Positions 12,085 through 24,020 of a stretch of DNA of 64,000 bases are shown in pieces. Made by a program: the position numbers and the translations under genes. The first letter of the stretch is position 1. Every line of letters starts with the position of its first letter. Source of the DNA: the human T2T-CHM13v2.0 reference genome, Homo sapiens. The stretch is from assembly GCF_009914755.1 (NCBI RefSeq), contig NC_060932.1, one strand, 5' to 3'. The notes under the pieces are model-generated. The model was given only the letters and a program-made list of their open reading frames with translations, was not told the DNA's origin and ran no database searches.

Positions 12085-12815
12085 GATGCAGAGGTTATGC
12101 AGAGTGACTGAGTGCGTGCCCAGGGATCAGACTGCCTGGTTCCAACTACAGATCCTTAGCCCGCTGACTATATGATATCAGGCAAATTAGCAACATCTCT
12201 GTGGAAGGCAGAACGACCCTGAAAAATGTCTGTCTCCTAATTCCTGGAACTTGTGAATGTGTAATGTTTTGTGGAGGGTATGGAGGGATTAGGGCTACAG
12301 GTGGAATTAAGGCTGTTAATTAGATGACTCCCGGATGAGAGGGAAGCCTGGATTATCCAGGTGGGCCCAGTGTAATCACAAGGGTCCCTATAAGTGAATA
12401 GGGAGGGGGGAGGGTCAGAGAGGGATGTGAAGAATGAGGGAGAGGCCAATGGATTCTCCTTGAGGCTTCAGGAAGGACCACAGGCCTACGGATGCCCTGA
12501 TTTTAGCCCAGTGAGACCCATTTCAGACTCCTGACCTCAGAATTGCAAGTCAATAAATTGTTATTTTAAGGCATGAGGTTTGTGGTAATATTGTTACAGC
12601 AGCAATGTGCCCAGTTTTGTCACCTTTAAATTGTGAGGAGTAATAATACCTATCTTACAGAGTAGTGTTATTATTAATAACAGTAATCTCGTGGGGTAAA
12701 TGAATTAGTACATGTAAATGTACTAAAATGTACTAAAAGAGCAAATGAATTAGTACATGTACCAGTCTTAGAACAATGCCTGGCACACAGAAGTGGATTA
12801 ATAAGTAGCAGTATT
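12085..12815 (+). mobile_element. MIR split by an MLT1 LTR insertion
   Basis: MIR 5' half ending catctctgtg (~12200) resumes as tgtgcccagttttgtcacc...cttagaacaatgcctggcacacag after ~12606. Confidence 0.65.
12200..12606 (+). mobile_element. MLT1 (MLT1D-like) MaLR solo LTR
   Basis: ctggattatccaggtgggcccagtgtaatcacaagggtcc and gtttgtggtaatattgttacagcagcaat are MLT1 hallmarks. Confidence 0.8.
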
Positions 12816-12965
12816 CATCCAAATGAGGGGTTCTGCTAAAACTGCTAGGAATACTAAAACTGAGCAATAACACATTTCCTACTTTTTGAGCTATGTATTT
12901 TGAAACCTAGGACTTCCAGAGGTGATGAGGCCTGTGTGGAAAGCTGGTGTTTTTGCAGAACTTAC

Positions 12966-13062
12966 TGTCCCCATTGGTGAGTGCCCCATTCTGCTCACTG
13001 CTGGCAGGAGCATCTGTTGCCAGGCTAGTAACTGAACGGCTGAACATCTCCTTGTCTGAAGG
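12966..13062 (-). CDS. PAG1: PAG1 coding exon, 97 nt ([32 protein letters not shown])
   Basis: gttttcag|CCT acceptor and GACA|gtaagt donor; frame consistent with flanking exons. Confidence 0.96.
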
Positions 13063-13192
13063 CTGAAAACAAAAACAAAAACAAAAACAAATGCATCACA
13101 TTGCTAAGAATCTGGACTGCAGAGCAGAGGAGAAGATCCATGGCTTTTTCAAAAAATTAAAACAGCAGAAACAGAAAACAGAATCTCCTATA

Positions 13193-13511
13193 ATAGTCCC
13201 CCCTTATCTACAGAGGGTACATTTCAAGACCCCCAGTGGATGCCTAAAACCATGAGTAGTACTGAACCCTATATAGACTATGTCTTTTCCTATCCATATA
13301 TGTTATACCTATGATGATGTTTAATTTATAAGTACAGTAATTTAACAATAACCACTGACAATAAAACAATATAATATAATGAAAGTTATGTGAATGTGCT
13401 CTTCCTTTCTCTCAAAATATCTTGTATGGTTCTCACCTATTTTTGGATTGTGGTTGACTGTGGGTAACTGAAACTGCAGAAATCAAAACTACAGATTAAG
13501 GGGAGCTACTG
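13193..13511. mobile_element. MER44/Tigger7-type TcMar DNA transposon (MITE)
   Basis: Terminal inverted repeats tagtccccccttatct ... agattaaggggagctactg; internal caagacccccagtggatgcct. Confidence 0.75.
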
Positions 13512-13519
13512 TTTTTAGA

Positions 13520-13678
13520 TTTAAATTAAGTAAAATAAAATACACTAAATTGAGTTCCTTGTTGACTAGTCACATTTCAAGCGCTCAATAGCCACATGTG
13601 GCCAGTGGATACCATATCCAATAGGAGATACAGAACACTTCCAGCACTGCAGAAAGTTCTATTAGACACTGTTGTCCC
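13520..13678. mobile_element. MER3/MER33-type hAT fragment
   Basis: ctagtcacatttcaagcgctcaatagccacatgtggccagtgg...gcagaaagttctatt. Confidence 0.7.
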
Positions 13679-14046
13679 AGAATCTTAGGGGCACTGGGAA
13701 TCTTCCAAAGCCATGTGCAGAGCTTCCTGCCTGGTGACCTACACAGGGCTATAGGCAGGTTGTGAGATATCAATTCCCTTAGCTCAAGGCAGGAAGGGAA
13801 CTGGTTGAAAAAGACCACAGCAGCCTCATCCTTACAACACAGGTGCTGTAAATCATTATTGGTAAAGGTGTGCCATGCTATGAGAAACGTGGAAAGGCAT
13901 CACCCTTTGTCATGTGAAGGGAACAGACTTAAATCTGGTCAGAGATAGATAAGGCTATTGATTTCTGAAACTATTTTAGAACCAGCAAAGCCTCTGGCTG
14001 CTAGGTTCACAGAAACAATAATATGCTGAAAATTAGCTCTGCAAAC

Positions 14047-14346
14047 TTTTTATTTATTTATTTATTTATTTTTTAAGATGAGGTCTCACCTTGTTGCCCA
14101 GGCTGGAGTGCAGTAGCATGATTATAGCTCACTGAAGTCTCAAACTCCTGGGCCCAAGAGATCCTCCTGCCTCAGCCTCTGGAATCGGTGGGACTACAGG
14201 TATGCACCACTATGTCTGGCTGCTCCCATAAGAGATGGGATCTTGCTATGTTGCTCAGGCTGGTCTCGAACTCCTGGCCTCAAGCGATATGCCCACCCCA
14301 GCCTCCCAAAGTGCTGGGATTACAGGCGTGAGCCACTGTGCCCAGC
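14047..14346 (-). mobile_element. AluJ-like with (TTTA)n tail and an altered middle linker
   Basis: Reverse Alu; TSD ctctgcaaa. Confidence 0.9.
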
Positions 14347-16383
14347 TCTGCAAATCTTTCTTATTCTTACAAATAAACTTAGGACATTTGGAGGGAAGAA
14401 TGGCATCAATAGTTGGTTTTCTGCAGGGATAGAATGTGTAGATGCTACCTAGAACAATATGCCTGGCTCAGCTATAGCTAAGAGTAGTCAGAAAGCAAGT
14501 TGGTGTTCATGTATTTCTTTAAATACCCAACTTGTCTCAGGTTGCAGCCCAAATCACTGCAAATGTGATTTGCTCCCTGTTCTTCTCACAGCCTGCACGT
14601 TCCAAGAGGCTATCTCATGCTCCAGGATTCTACAAGGAAAGTTGTGATGTAAACAGCACACAAACCTTTGCTAGTTGGCCTCACAAATTCTCTGACTCTT
14701 GATTGGAAGCCAGTAATACACAGCAGATAGTTCATGCTGTGCAATGATCCAAAAGTGTATTGGAAGTCAGCTGTTTCCATCCAATGCAGCTCATTCACGT
14801 CTGATGAGCCCCCAGTGAGATGGGTCACTGTGTTAGGTTGCCAGGAACTTGCAATGCAGGTGCTAATATCCCAGAAATGATGTTATAAATGGGCAGGCAT
14901 GGGTGTGGGGAAGGAAGACTCCCAGGTGGGCCCATAACAGCATAATCGATCACAGCTGAAGTTACCATAATCTAGACTCTAACTACTATTCCTAATCTTT
15001 GCTTCTATGAGATGAAGAATCCGCAAGTTGTATAAGATCTAGGAGCTGAAAAGCTCTTAAGGAGAGCTGGGTGGGCGAGCGTGTGTACATGGGTGCCAGT
15101 GTCCGGGTAAGCATGCGTTCCTGTGTGTGCTCGCGCTCTCTCACAGACATTCACATCCATATAAATGAGGCTATGGGTTGGGGCAATAATGAATTATATG
15201 GTGGATGAGGAAGAAGGCAGGGGATGGAAGCCAGCTTTTTCCTTTTATCCACCTGCCACTCTCTTCCTATCTCGCCCAGGGCTGCTGCTGACCTTGAGTA
15301 GAACAGCGGGAACCCAAGCTCTAGGCCAGTGGCTCTCACACTCGAGCATACAACTGGATCACCTGGGGTGCTTGCGAGCCTTTTACTGGGCCTCACCCCC
15401 AGGAAAATTCGCATTTCTAAGGAGCTCCCAGGTGCTGCTGCTGCTGTGGGTGGAGGTCCAGGCCACACTGCAGAAGAACCCCTGCTCTAGAAGGAAGTGA
15501 GGAATGGCGGTGGGAGCCCTTCCCCAGCCCCACCTCACCACCCAACTGGCACCAGGAGAATGGTGGAGTGACGAAAGGCAGGGGCCTGGAGTCTGCATGG
15601 GGAGAAGCGACAGTGGGGCGTTCCCTCCATCCCTCCCACCCTCCCTGCTGAGGCCACCACAGCAGCAATCACCAGGCAGAGCAGGGGCGCTGGGAACAGA
15701 TGAGAAGTGGCGACAATGTGGACAACCAGGGATGGGAACAGGGCGAGAAACAGAGTAAAGGGAGGAGTGGTGATGAGGGCCCAGGAAAGCTGCGAAGGGT
15801 GAGGTGGGCATGTGGATGCAGAGGGGAGGGAAGGAAAATCCTGGGGGTCCCAGGAGGAACGGGGAGTCCTGACAACTTCCTGCCTGCTTGGGCCAGAGGA
15901 GTCCTGAGAATTGGCAGGTCAGGAAGCCTAGACTGGAGATGCCCCTGGTCATCTCTGCAAACGTCTGCTGGCTGCGGGTTTTACGCCAGACCTTGGCTCA
16001 TCCATGCTTCCTTGTTTGCACCCTCTCCTCCCAACCAGTTTTTGCTTGACCTTGAGAAATGATGTCCTGAACAAGAAGCATCTTCTGTCTTAGCACTGCC
16101 ACAGGACTCAGGGCAGATTCTGAACTCTGCCTTGCTAATGTGACGATGGGCCCCCTCCCCAGCGGCTGGGACTGCTCAGCCATTCAAAAGCACGGGCCTG
16201 GGTCAGAGAGGACAAGGAAGGACCTGGACACTCTCAGGCTGTTCCTCGCCAGGGTGGATCCCTGAGGGCCTCAGGATCATCAGGACCCTGTAAGATACTG
16301 AGGGCTGGGAAAACGCCAGCAAGGCTAGGTTATATACCTAGGGTGTTGTGGGTCCCAAGCTCCCTCCAGCTTAATGACCTGTT

Positions 16384-16856
16384 GTTATGGGTTGAACTGT
16401 GTCTCTCCAAAATTCATGTCCAAGTCCTAACCCCCAGCACCTGAGAATATGGTCTCATTTGGAAATAGGGTCATTGCAGACGAAGCTAGTTAATATGAGG
16501 TCGTGCTACAGTAGGGTGGGCACTAGTCCAATATGTCTGGTGTCTTTATAAAATGGGGAAACTTGGACACAGCCAGCCATACATAGATGGGAGGTGATGT
16601 GAAACACAGAGGTCACCATAGGAAGATGAAGGCAGAATTTGGGGTGATGCCTGTACAAACCAAGTCACACCCAAAGTTTGGCTGCAAACCACCAGAAGCC
16701 CCAGGAGAGGCCTAGAACAGACTTTCCCTCAGAAGCAACCAATCCTGCCAACACCTTGATTTTTGGATTTCTGGCCTCTAGAACTGAGAAACAAACTTGT
16801 TATTTAAGCCACCCTGTTTGCGGTCCTTTGTTATGACAGCACTAGCAAATTAATAG
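16384..16856 (+). mobile_element. MLT1B/C MaLR solo LTR
   Basis: tgttatgggttgaactgtgtc...atttggaaatagggtc...tttgttatgacagcactagcaaattaata. Confidence 0.85.
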
Positions 16857-17074
16857 AGGCAAAAAAGTCCCATCCCTGCAGTAGGTTGGAGCCATTTAAG
16901 GATCATTCCGGCAGCAGCACTACTGCATCCATTTCAGAAGCCACCGTTTAACTTAGGCTTAGCTCTCCCCGTGGGTTCTACTCAGGCTGTGAGCACATGG
17001 GAGCACACTTAGATAAGTAGCTGATGTTCTGGAGCACGCACGGACAGACAGGCAGACGACACGCGCAGGCTCAC

Positions 17075-17126
17075 CACGTTCATCAGGTTCTCATGGTCCC
17101 CACTATGCTGTCGCGGCTTCTTTTCC
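17075..17126 (-). CDS. PAG1: PAG1 coding exon, 52 nt (EKKPRQHSGDHENLMNV)
   Basis: catttcag|G acceptor and GTG|gtgagc donor; phase 2 to phase 0 fits. Confidence 0.96.
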
Positions 17127-18699
17127 CTGAAATGAAAAGTGAAATGTTGTAATGTCAAATGTGCCCCCTTAAAATCAAGCGCACACTACCCTTTCCTATC
17201 CCAATTCTTATCAGCTTTTAAATCTCTCGTTTTAAGAACCATGTTTATTTTGTCAACAAAGACAAAATCAGACAGTGATTTGATGGCCCGTTTGCAGGTG
17301 CTGGGGAAGAGGAGTTCAAGCCTCAACTAGGGACTGTCCACCTCCCCTGGCACCCCTTCTTCCGGGAAAAAACATACAAGTTCACAAGGAGAGGACCGAG
17401 GCCTGGGCCTGCGTAGAAATTGTTTATACCTAAACTAGCAGAGTAAGTTATACCTTTTTTTTTTTTTTTTTGAGAAAATGAAGACAATTATCTGAGTCTC
17501 TGCAAAGTCACACACTGCAGTGGGATGGAGAAAATACAGATTTTTGGCACGCCAGGAAGGGTACATGCTCTCAGGGTGAGTCATATGTACTTCCAGTCTA
17601 TGGGAAAGTCTGTCAAGTAAAAATAGAATTTGTTTTTACTCGGGACAGTCTAAAGAAAGCCATCAGTTGTAGAGAATACGCCGCCCATCCACGTTCTCTA
17701 TAAAACAAGGGTGACACCTAGTGGGAACATGAGTAACTACAGAAGCAGGCCCGTCCAGGCCCCGGGAAGCCCCGGCCCTGCGGCCTCTTTGTTCATCTTC
17801 CCAATCATTCAGACTCTGTCCCAGCCACAGAGGTCTGGGTCCAGGCTGGGCAGGGATTAGGAGGCTAGCTGGGTTCAGAGGGTCTTGGCTTTTCTCCTCC
17901 TGACAGATTTTAGGGTAGGAAGCTATTTCAGAATTTTAAGTGACGCTCCTGGAGTTGCTTCCATGGTGGAGGGAGAGTTTGGACAGGGCTGGCTGACGGT
18001 CAGCTGGTCTGCATGGGCCTCTGGTGGCATCTAGCCTATCAGAAGGTTATGTGCTTTGTAACAGTTCCAGAATGTCCTGAAACATCACTTCTGGTTAGAA
18101 AGAACTTCTCTCTGAGCAAAGATTTCTCTTGTTGGGGGTACTGACATTTTATATGAGACAGAGGAGAGAGAGAAGTATAACTCTAAAAAAAGGACACTGA
18201 TGATTATTTCATATACAGCATGTTCCTCTCCTTGGAAAATAATCTGTTTCTTGAGAAACTGAAGGTCTACACTACACATTTTTAATCATAAACAATCCCT
18301 CCGAAATCACGTAGCAGCAAACATTCTGTGACTTCCGCAGGGTGGTGGCAAAAAGATGCGCATCACACAAGATTTCAAAATGCCCGCACATGAAAAAAGA
18401 CAAAATCCATTTTGACAAGGGTGTGATCGAAAGAACAGCAAGACTTTCATTCTGGGAAGTTTAAAATATAAGGGCTCTTCTAGTTGCTCCCTAGCAAAAC
18501 CAAATATGGGTTTTCCTTCAGTGAATAAAGAATGTCCCGAGACGCTCTGCAGCAGAGAGAAGAGAGTTAAAGCTAATGCACAAGTTTCTGGGACGGCTCT
18601 GTGGCGGGATTCCATTCCTAACAGGCTTTCCACAGAAACTCTTCTGGGTACAGGGGATGTATTAGTTTAAGGCACAGGTATATACACTCTGGTTCTCAC

Positions 18700-18824
18700 C
18701 TGTCACAACTAGAGCACAGGAAGATGAGGAAGGTGATGACGAAGAAAATGGCGACAGCAGCCAGACTTCCCCACAGGGTGATCTGCATCTGTCCGCTGCC
18801 CAGCAGGCTCCCCGCGGGCCCCAT
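18700..18824 (-). CDS. PAG1: PAG1 first coding segment: [42 protein letters not shown] (short ectodomain, TM helix, CSSC palmitoylation motif)
   Basis: ATG in strong Kozak context GCCATGG at 18824; AG|gtgaga donor. Exon CDS lengths 125+52+97+602+60+363 = 1299 nt = 432 aa + stop. Confidence 0.97.
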
Positions 18825-18904
18825 GGCAGGAGCAGGCACTGGCACCAGCCGAGGGAATCAGTCAGTCCTTCAAAGGTGGTGACATGGAGGCAGAGAGCTG
18901 TGTC
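18825..18904 (-). other. PAG1: PAG1 5'UTR portion (80 nt) of the first coding exon
   Basis: Acceptor ctctttgcag|GAC at 18904. Confidence 0.8.
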
Positions 18905-19196
18905 CTGCAAAGAGACCAGTGCGTTTGGAGAGTAATTCTCGGGTAAAGTGGCAGAATCTGTAATTCGGTCCCTGTCAGGAGCAAGACCTTTGCGCAAAGT
19001 CAGGGAAGCGTGTGCTGGATGCTGAGGAGAGCCCCGGACTGGACTTGAAATTGGACTCTGGGCAAGTCCCCTCCATGGTCTAGGTCTTCATTTTTCTTAC
19101 CTGAAAACGAAAGCGGGAACATACAGCTGCCTGGCCCAGTGTTTGAAGCAATGGATGTCTTATCTTGATATGTTTGGGGGTGGATTCTTCTTGTTC

Positions 19197-19524
<328 letters not shown>

Positions 19525-19653
19525 TAAAGATTTCAAGTACTCCATAGCAAATAAATCCATGCTCATTTAGGTTCATTAAAAAAAATCAGAACAGTATATA
19601 ACAATTCTTATATAGCTTTTGCAAAAATGCAACTCATCACCTGCCCCTGCCCC

Positions 19654-19762
19654 CCACTGCCATCTCTCATCTCCCTAACCCACTGCCATCTCTAATCTCC
19701 CTAATCCACTGCCATCTCTCATCTCCCTACCCACTGCCATCTCTCATCTCCCTCACCCACTG
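19654..19762. repeat. Minisatellite, ~26-bp unit CCACTGCCATCTCTCATCTCCCTAAC, ~4 copies
   Basis: Direct tandem copies visible in the sequence. Confidence 0.9.
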
Positions 19763-20019
19763 TTGTCTGAGAAGGTTTAAGGTCAATGTAACTAATGAAA
19801 TAGAATGTCTTTATATTCACCTGCATTTATTTATTCTGAGTATGTTATGTATTCTGAGTATGTTTACACTACCCTGCTGTGAGTACCCAATAAATGCATT
19901 TTCAAATGAATGAATGAAGTATGTGCTAAGAATACATCCCTGGGAATAAATAAGACCTATTTATAAACAATTGCAAGAGAAGCATAAGAGCTCTACCTAG
20001 TACATTTCCGTACCTGGTA

Positions 20020-20210
20020 TGTACCAGGGATTCTGCTAAATGCTTTCCTCATTTAATTGCTGTCACCACCCTGTGTAGGAGGCACTGTTAATCCCCCTTT
20101 TACAGAGATGGAAGCTAAATCCCAGCAGAGCGGTGACTTCCCCTGAGTGTCACAGGAGCTAAGTGGCAGGGAGGGATGAGTCCAGCTGTCTCAGACTCCA
20201 AAGCCTGTGC
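20020..20210 (-). mobile_element. MIR
   Basis: ccccttttacagagatggaagctaa...tcacaggagctaagtggcagg is the reverse MIR core. Confidence 0.65.
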
Positions 20211-22537
20211 TCTGTGTCCATCAAGGAAAGCTCGTTGTCACTGTGGGGATGCTGGGACTCACAGGGTCACTGCACCCTGTCCCAATACTTCGAAACAGAA
20301 ATGGTCAGATTCCTTGTGTGAAATATTTTAAGAGCTACAGATATTTTAAAAATGGAGTCGTATATCAAATGATCTGTCATCACAGAGGCCTTGTTTAAAG
20401 AATATTTGCTTTGCTCAATTCTAGAACATTCTAAATGAAAAGAAATAGCCTTTAAGTTGGTCTCAAGTGTCATGAATAAGCAAATACTTTGGTTTTTTGA
20501 TAATAGTGCAATATCTTCTTTGAAAAAGTATTTACATTTTCGTTTGCTTCAGTGATAAAGCTGTGACTGTTTTCAGCCATCCCTGAGCACAGACATCAAG
20601 ACGGCAGGGGTGGCTTCGCAGCAAACCAGGGTGCCTCCTAAAACGGGGAGAATAAAAGCCATTTTGGCAAATGTGGTTCAATTGGACCAAATCATCTCCA
20701 GGTGAAACACTGTCACATTTATTTGAATATTCAAAGTTAAAGAATATTAAAAAGCTGAAGAAAAAGAGACTTTTACCTACAATGTATGCAGAGAGAGTTC
20801 TGAGAGATGAAGTTGTTTTCCTCAATCTTTGAATCAACATGAACGTCTTCTAAGGCTCTATAATTATATAAATGCAGGACTCCCTGCGTAATACAGAACT
20901 TCTTTCTTCCTATGTTTGATTGTATGTATATTGTGCCTGTAAACACGACAGGCGTACAGTAATAACAAGTCAAATTACTTTGCATGTTTGCCCCCAGACA
21001 GCTATAAACAAATGAAAATAACCACCACTTCTGTGATTTGTTGATGCAAAGAATAATTCACTTTAAACTGAGACTACAAATTGGCACCACAATAGGTTTT
21101 AAAATACATTCAAGCAAGCAGCTAAATCATGATGACCAATGAAAATATATAAAATACATTTTTATACACAGGTCCAAAGCATACAACATTTTAGGAATCA
21201 CAGACAAAAGGTATCTATCTCCTGTGCAGGCATCTGTTTGTTCTTCATTCATTCATACAACAGATTAATTGATGCCCATTTATAAAATGCCATGTTCTTA
21301 AAAAGAGTTTGCTGTGTGAGTTATTCAAAAGCCAGATATCCATTCATGAAACCTAGTGTGGAATCGCCAACAACTCTCTCCTTTCTGTACATGTTTCTCT
21401 TCTCTCTCTCCTCTCTCCTAATAGAAGGAGGTCAGTAGAATATGATGAGAGATGTGGGATGCCCAGCCTATTAGTACAGTGCAGGGAGAAAGAGGATGAA
21501 AGGGGATTATTACAAGCTGTGGAATAAAGGATGGAACCAAGAGAAAATGTGTTGAAACTCCTGGCTCACTCCCCTTCAATTAGAATTGTCTATAAAGCCA
21601 CTGAAAGACTTTTTCCCAAGTTCTTACTGTGGACAAAATTCTCACAGCGAACAGAATGATCATCATCAGGTGCACGTTTCTGAGTCAGATGCACTGCAGT
21701 CCTCAGGGACAAAGGCCCCAGTTGCGGGGGCAGCTTTCTCCTCTTGGACCCTCTAAGTGCTGCTCTGCAGGAGGACTGTGGGACACCAGTCCCCGTGGTC
21801 GTGGGCAGTGCTGGCGGGTTGAGTGGCTGCACCAGCAACTGCCACCTACTCTTCTTTAGGGGCCTGGCAGAGTGTGTGAGTGTTGGTGGTGGGGAGGTGG
21901 GAGGAGTGGTGGCTGAGGGGATCTAGACTAACATAATCTTTGATCCTTACAGCAGACGTCCTTGGTGGACGGTTCCCATTTTGGAGAAGATCTGTGCACT
22001 GCTACCCTTCTCTCCTGGTCTCTCTCTCTTTTTTCTGGATGTTTGTTTCCAAAATTCTGCTGCCCATGCCTTCTCTGGCTATCTCCTTAAATTTTGGCAG
22101 CTCATCTACAACTGAGCCAAGACTGCCTCCCGCTCACCCTCCTGCTCACAGGTCTAGATGGACTTCCTGGTAAATGTGTGTCGGTGGACCGGCTCCTCCC
22201 CTGTGCATGGGGATGGCCCCTCCCCATGTGTGCAGATGTACATGGATCACTTTGTGTTTCACCTTCTTGGAGCAGCTGAGGGTAGAGGCCTCATGCAGAG
22301 GGCCCAGTGCTCTGCCCCTAGGCTGGACCCTCATGTGTCGGTTTAACTGCCCTTAAATGCAGTGCTTGGGGGTCCTCGTTCTGTTCTTTTGAGTGAGGGG
22401 AAGGTGGAGGGAAATCAGTACCCTTTCAGATGGCCAGCGAGGCTTTTCTTAGGATGAGTGATGGGGGAGACAGTAAGCGGATAGGAGGCATAGTGTATGG
22501 ATAGTAAAAGCTACCCTGAACAGGAAGGTCCCTGTGG

Positions 22538-22651
22538 CAATCATGGCATTTCCAGACTCTACACTGTGCCACCCAAGGCAGTGCTGTCCTGTGACAATCA
22601 TGGCATTTCCAGACTCTACACTGTGCCACCCAAGGCAGTGCTGTCCTGTGA
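22538..22651. repeat. Perfect 57-bp tandem duplication
   Basis: caatcatggc...gtcctgtga occurs at 22538-22594 and 22595-22651; the copies are identical. Confidence 0.95.
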
Positions 22652-22884
22652 CATGGTTATGGTCCACAAGGACCATCTTATTTTAGGCTGATTCAATATC
22701 AAGTAAGTTATGTCTTGACTATCAGGGATGATCTCTTCCAGCAGAAATATCTGAGCCATTTGGAGGAGCATCCCCTATGTTTTTTTCATGAAGACATTTA
22801 AGTCTATTTCTCCGAATCCTGTTCTTACTTGACTCAATAAACTTGCATTCAACTATATAATATTACATAGAATATTATTTCTTC

Positions 22885-23151
22885 TTTTTTTTGAGACAGG
22901 GTCTTGCTCTGTCACCTAGGCTGGAGTGCAGTGCTGTGATTACTGCAGCCTCGACCTCCTGGAATCAAGCAATGCTCCCACCGCTGCCTCTTGAGTAGCT
23001 GGGAACACAGGCATGCGCCACCATACCAGGATAACTTTTTTGATTTTCAGTAGAGATGAGGTCTTGCTATGTTGCCAGGCCGGTATTGAACTCCTCCCAC
23101 CTCGGCCTCCCAAAGTGCTGGAGTTACAGGCATGAGCCACCACACCCAGCC
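22885..23151 (-). mobile_element. AluJ-like with small internal deletion
   Basis: Reverse Alu; TSD tatttcttc. Confidence 0.92.
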
Positions 23152-23711
23152 TATTTCTTCAAAGTTTAAAAAATTTCTCTTATCAGACCACATGTGTAAA
23201 TATTCTTTGAGTTATTCAACACAGGGCAAAGAAGGACCATTTATTTTAATTGTTAACTCTACTAACACTTAATTTTGGCACCTGAATGCTGTACTAAGAT
23301 GAGCCACAGAAGATGGTAATATTAATGTGATCACAGATTTAGATTAATAGTTGTACATTAATTGTTTGCTATAAAATAGGCTTCATTATTGGCTGCATTG
23401 ATGTAAAGTCATGGCTGGAGACTGTAATATAATACAAGCATATAGTATTGCTGTAAAAGACTCAGTGGTACTACCTCAATCTCCACCCCAATTTTGTATA
23501 ATTTCGAACTACTGTGAGAACTTGTTGTTTAGCCTTGAGAAAGGTCAGTGCTTATGGTTAAAGGACTTTCATTGGGGATTCTTTCAAAGATTTATCTCAT
23601 TAATTATTTTGGACTAAAAGGTCCATACTCTCTTACCCTTTTATATCCACTAATTTGTTTTAATGCATAAGTGATTTAATCACTAGAAAAACCACTGGCC
23701 TTTAAATTTAA

Positions 23712-24020
<309 letters not shown>

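Noticed and set aside
15383-15952. 189-aa minus-strand ORF and overlapping ORFs
   Set aside because: GC-rich, low-complexity intronic sequence with no recognisable domain or exon structure.
18662-18997. 111-aa alternative-frame ORF across the first coding exon
   Set aside because: It starts at a non-ATG codon in the intron and is not reachable in the spliced mRNA from any ATG I could find.
19654-22651. Tandem repeats as a possible CRISPR-like array
   Set aside because: Copies are directly adjacent with no unique spacers; primate intronic context and no cas genes.
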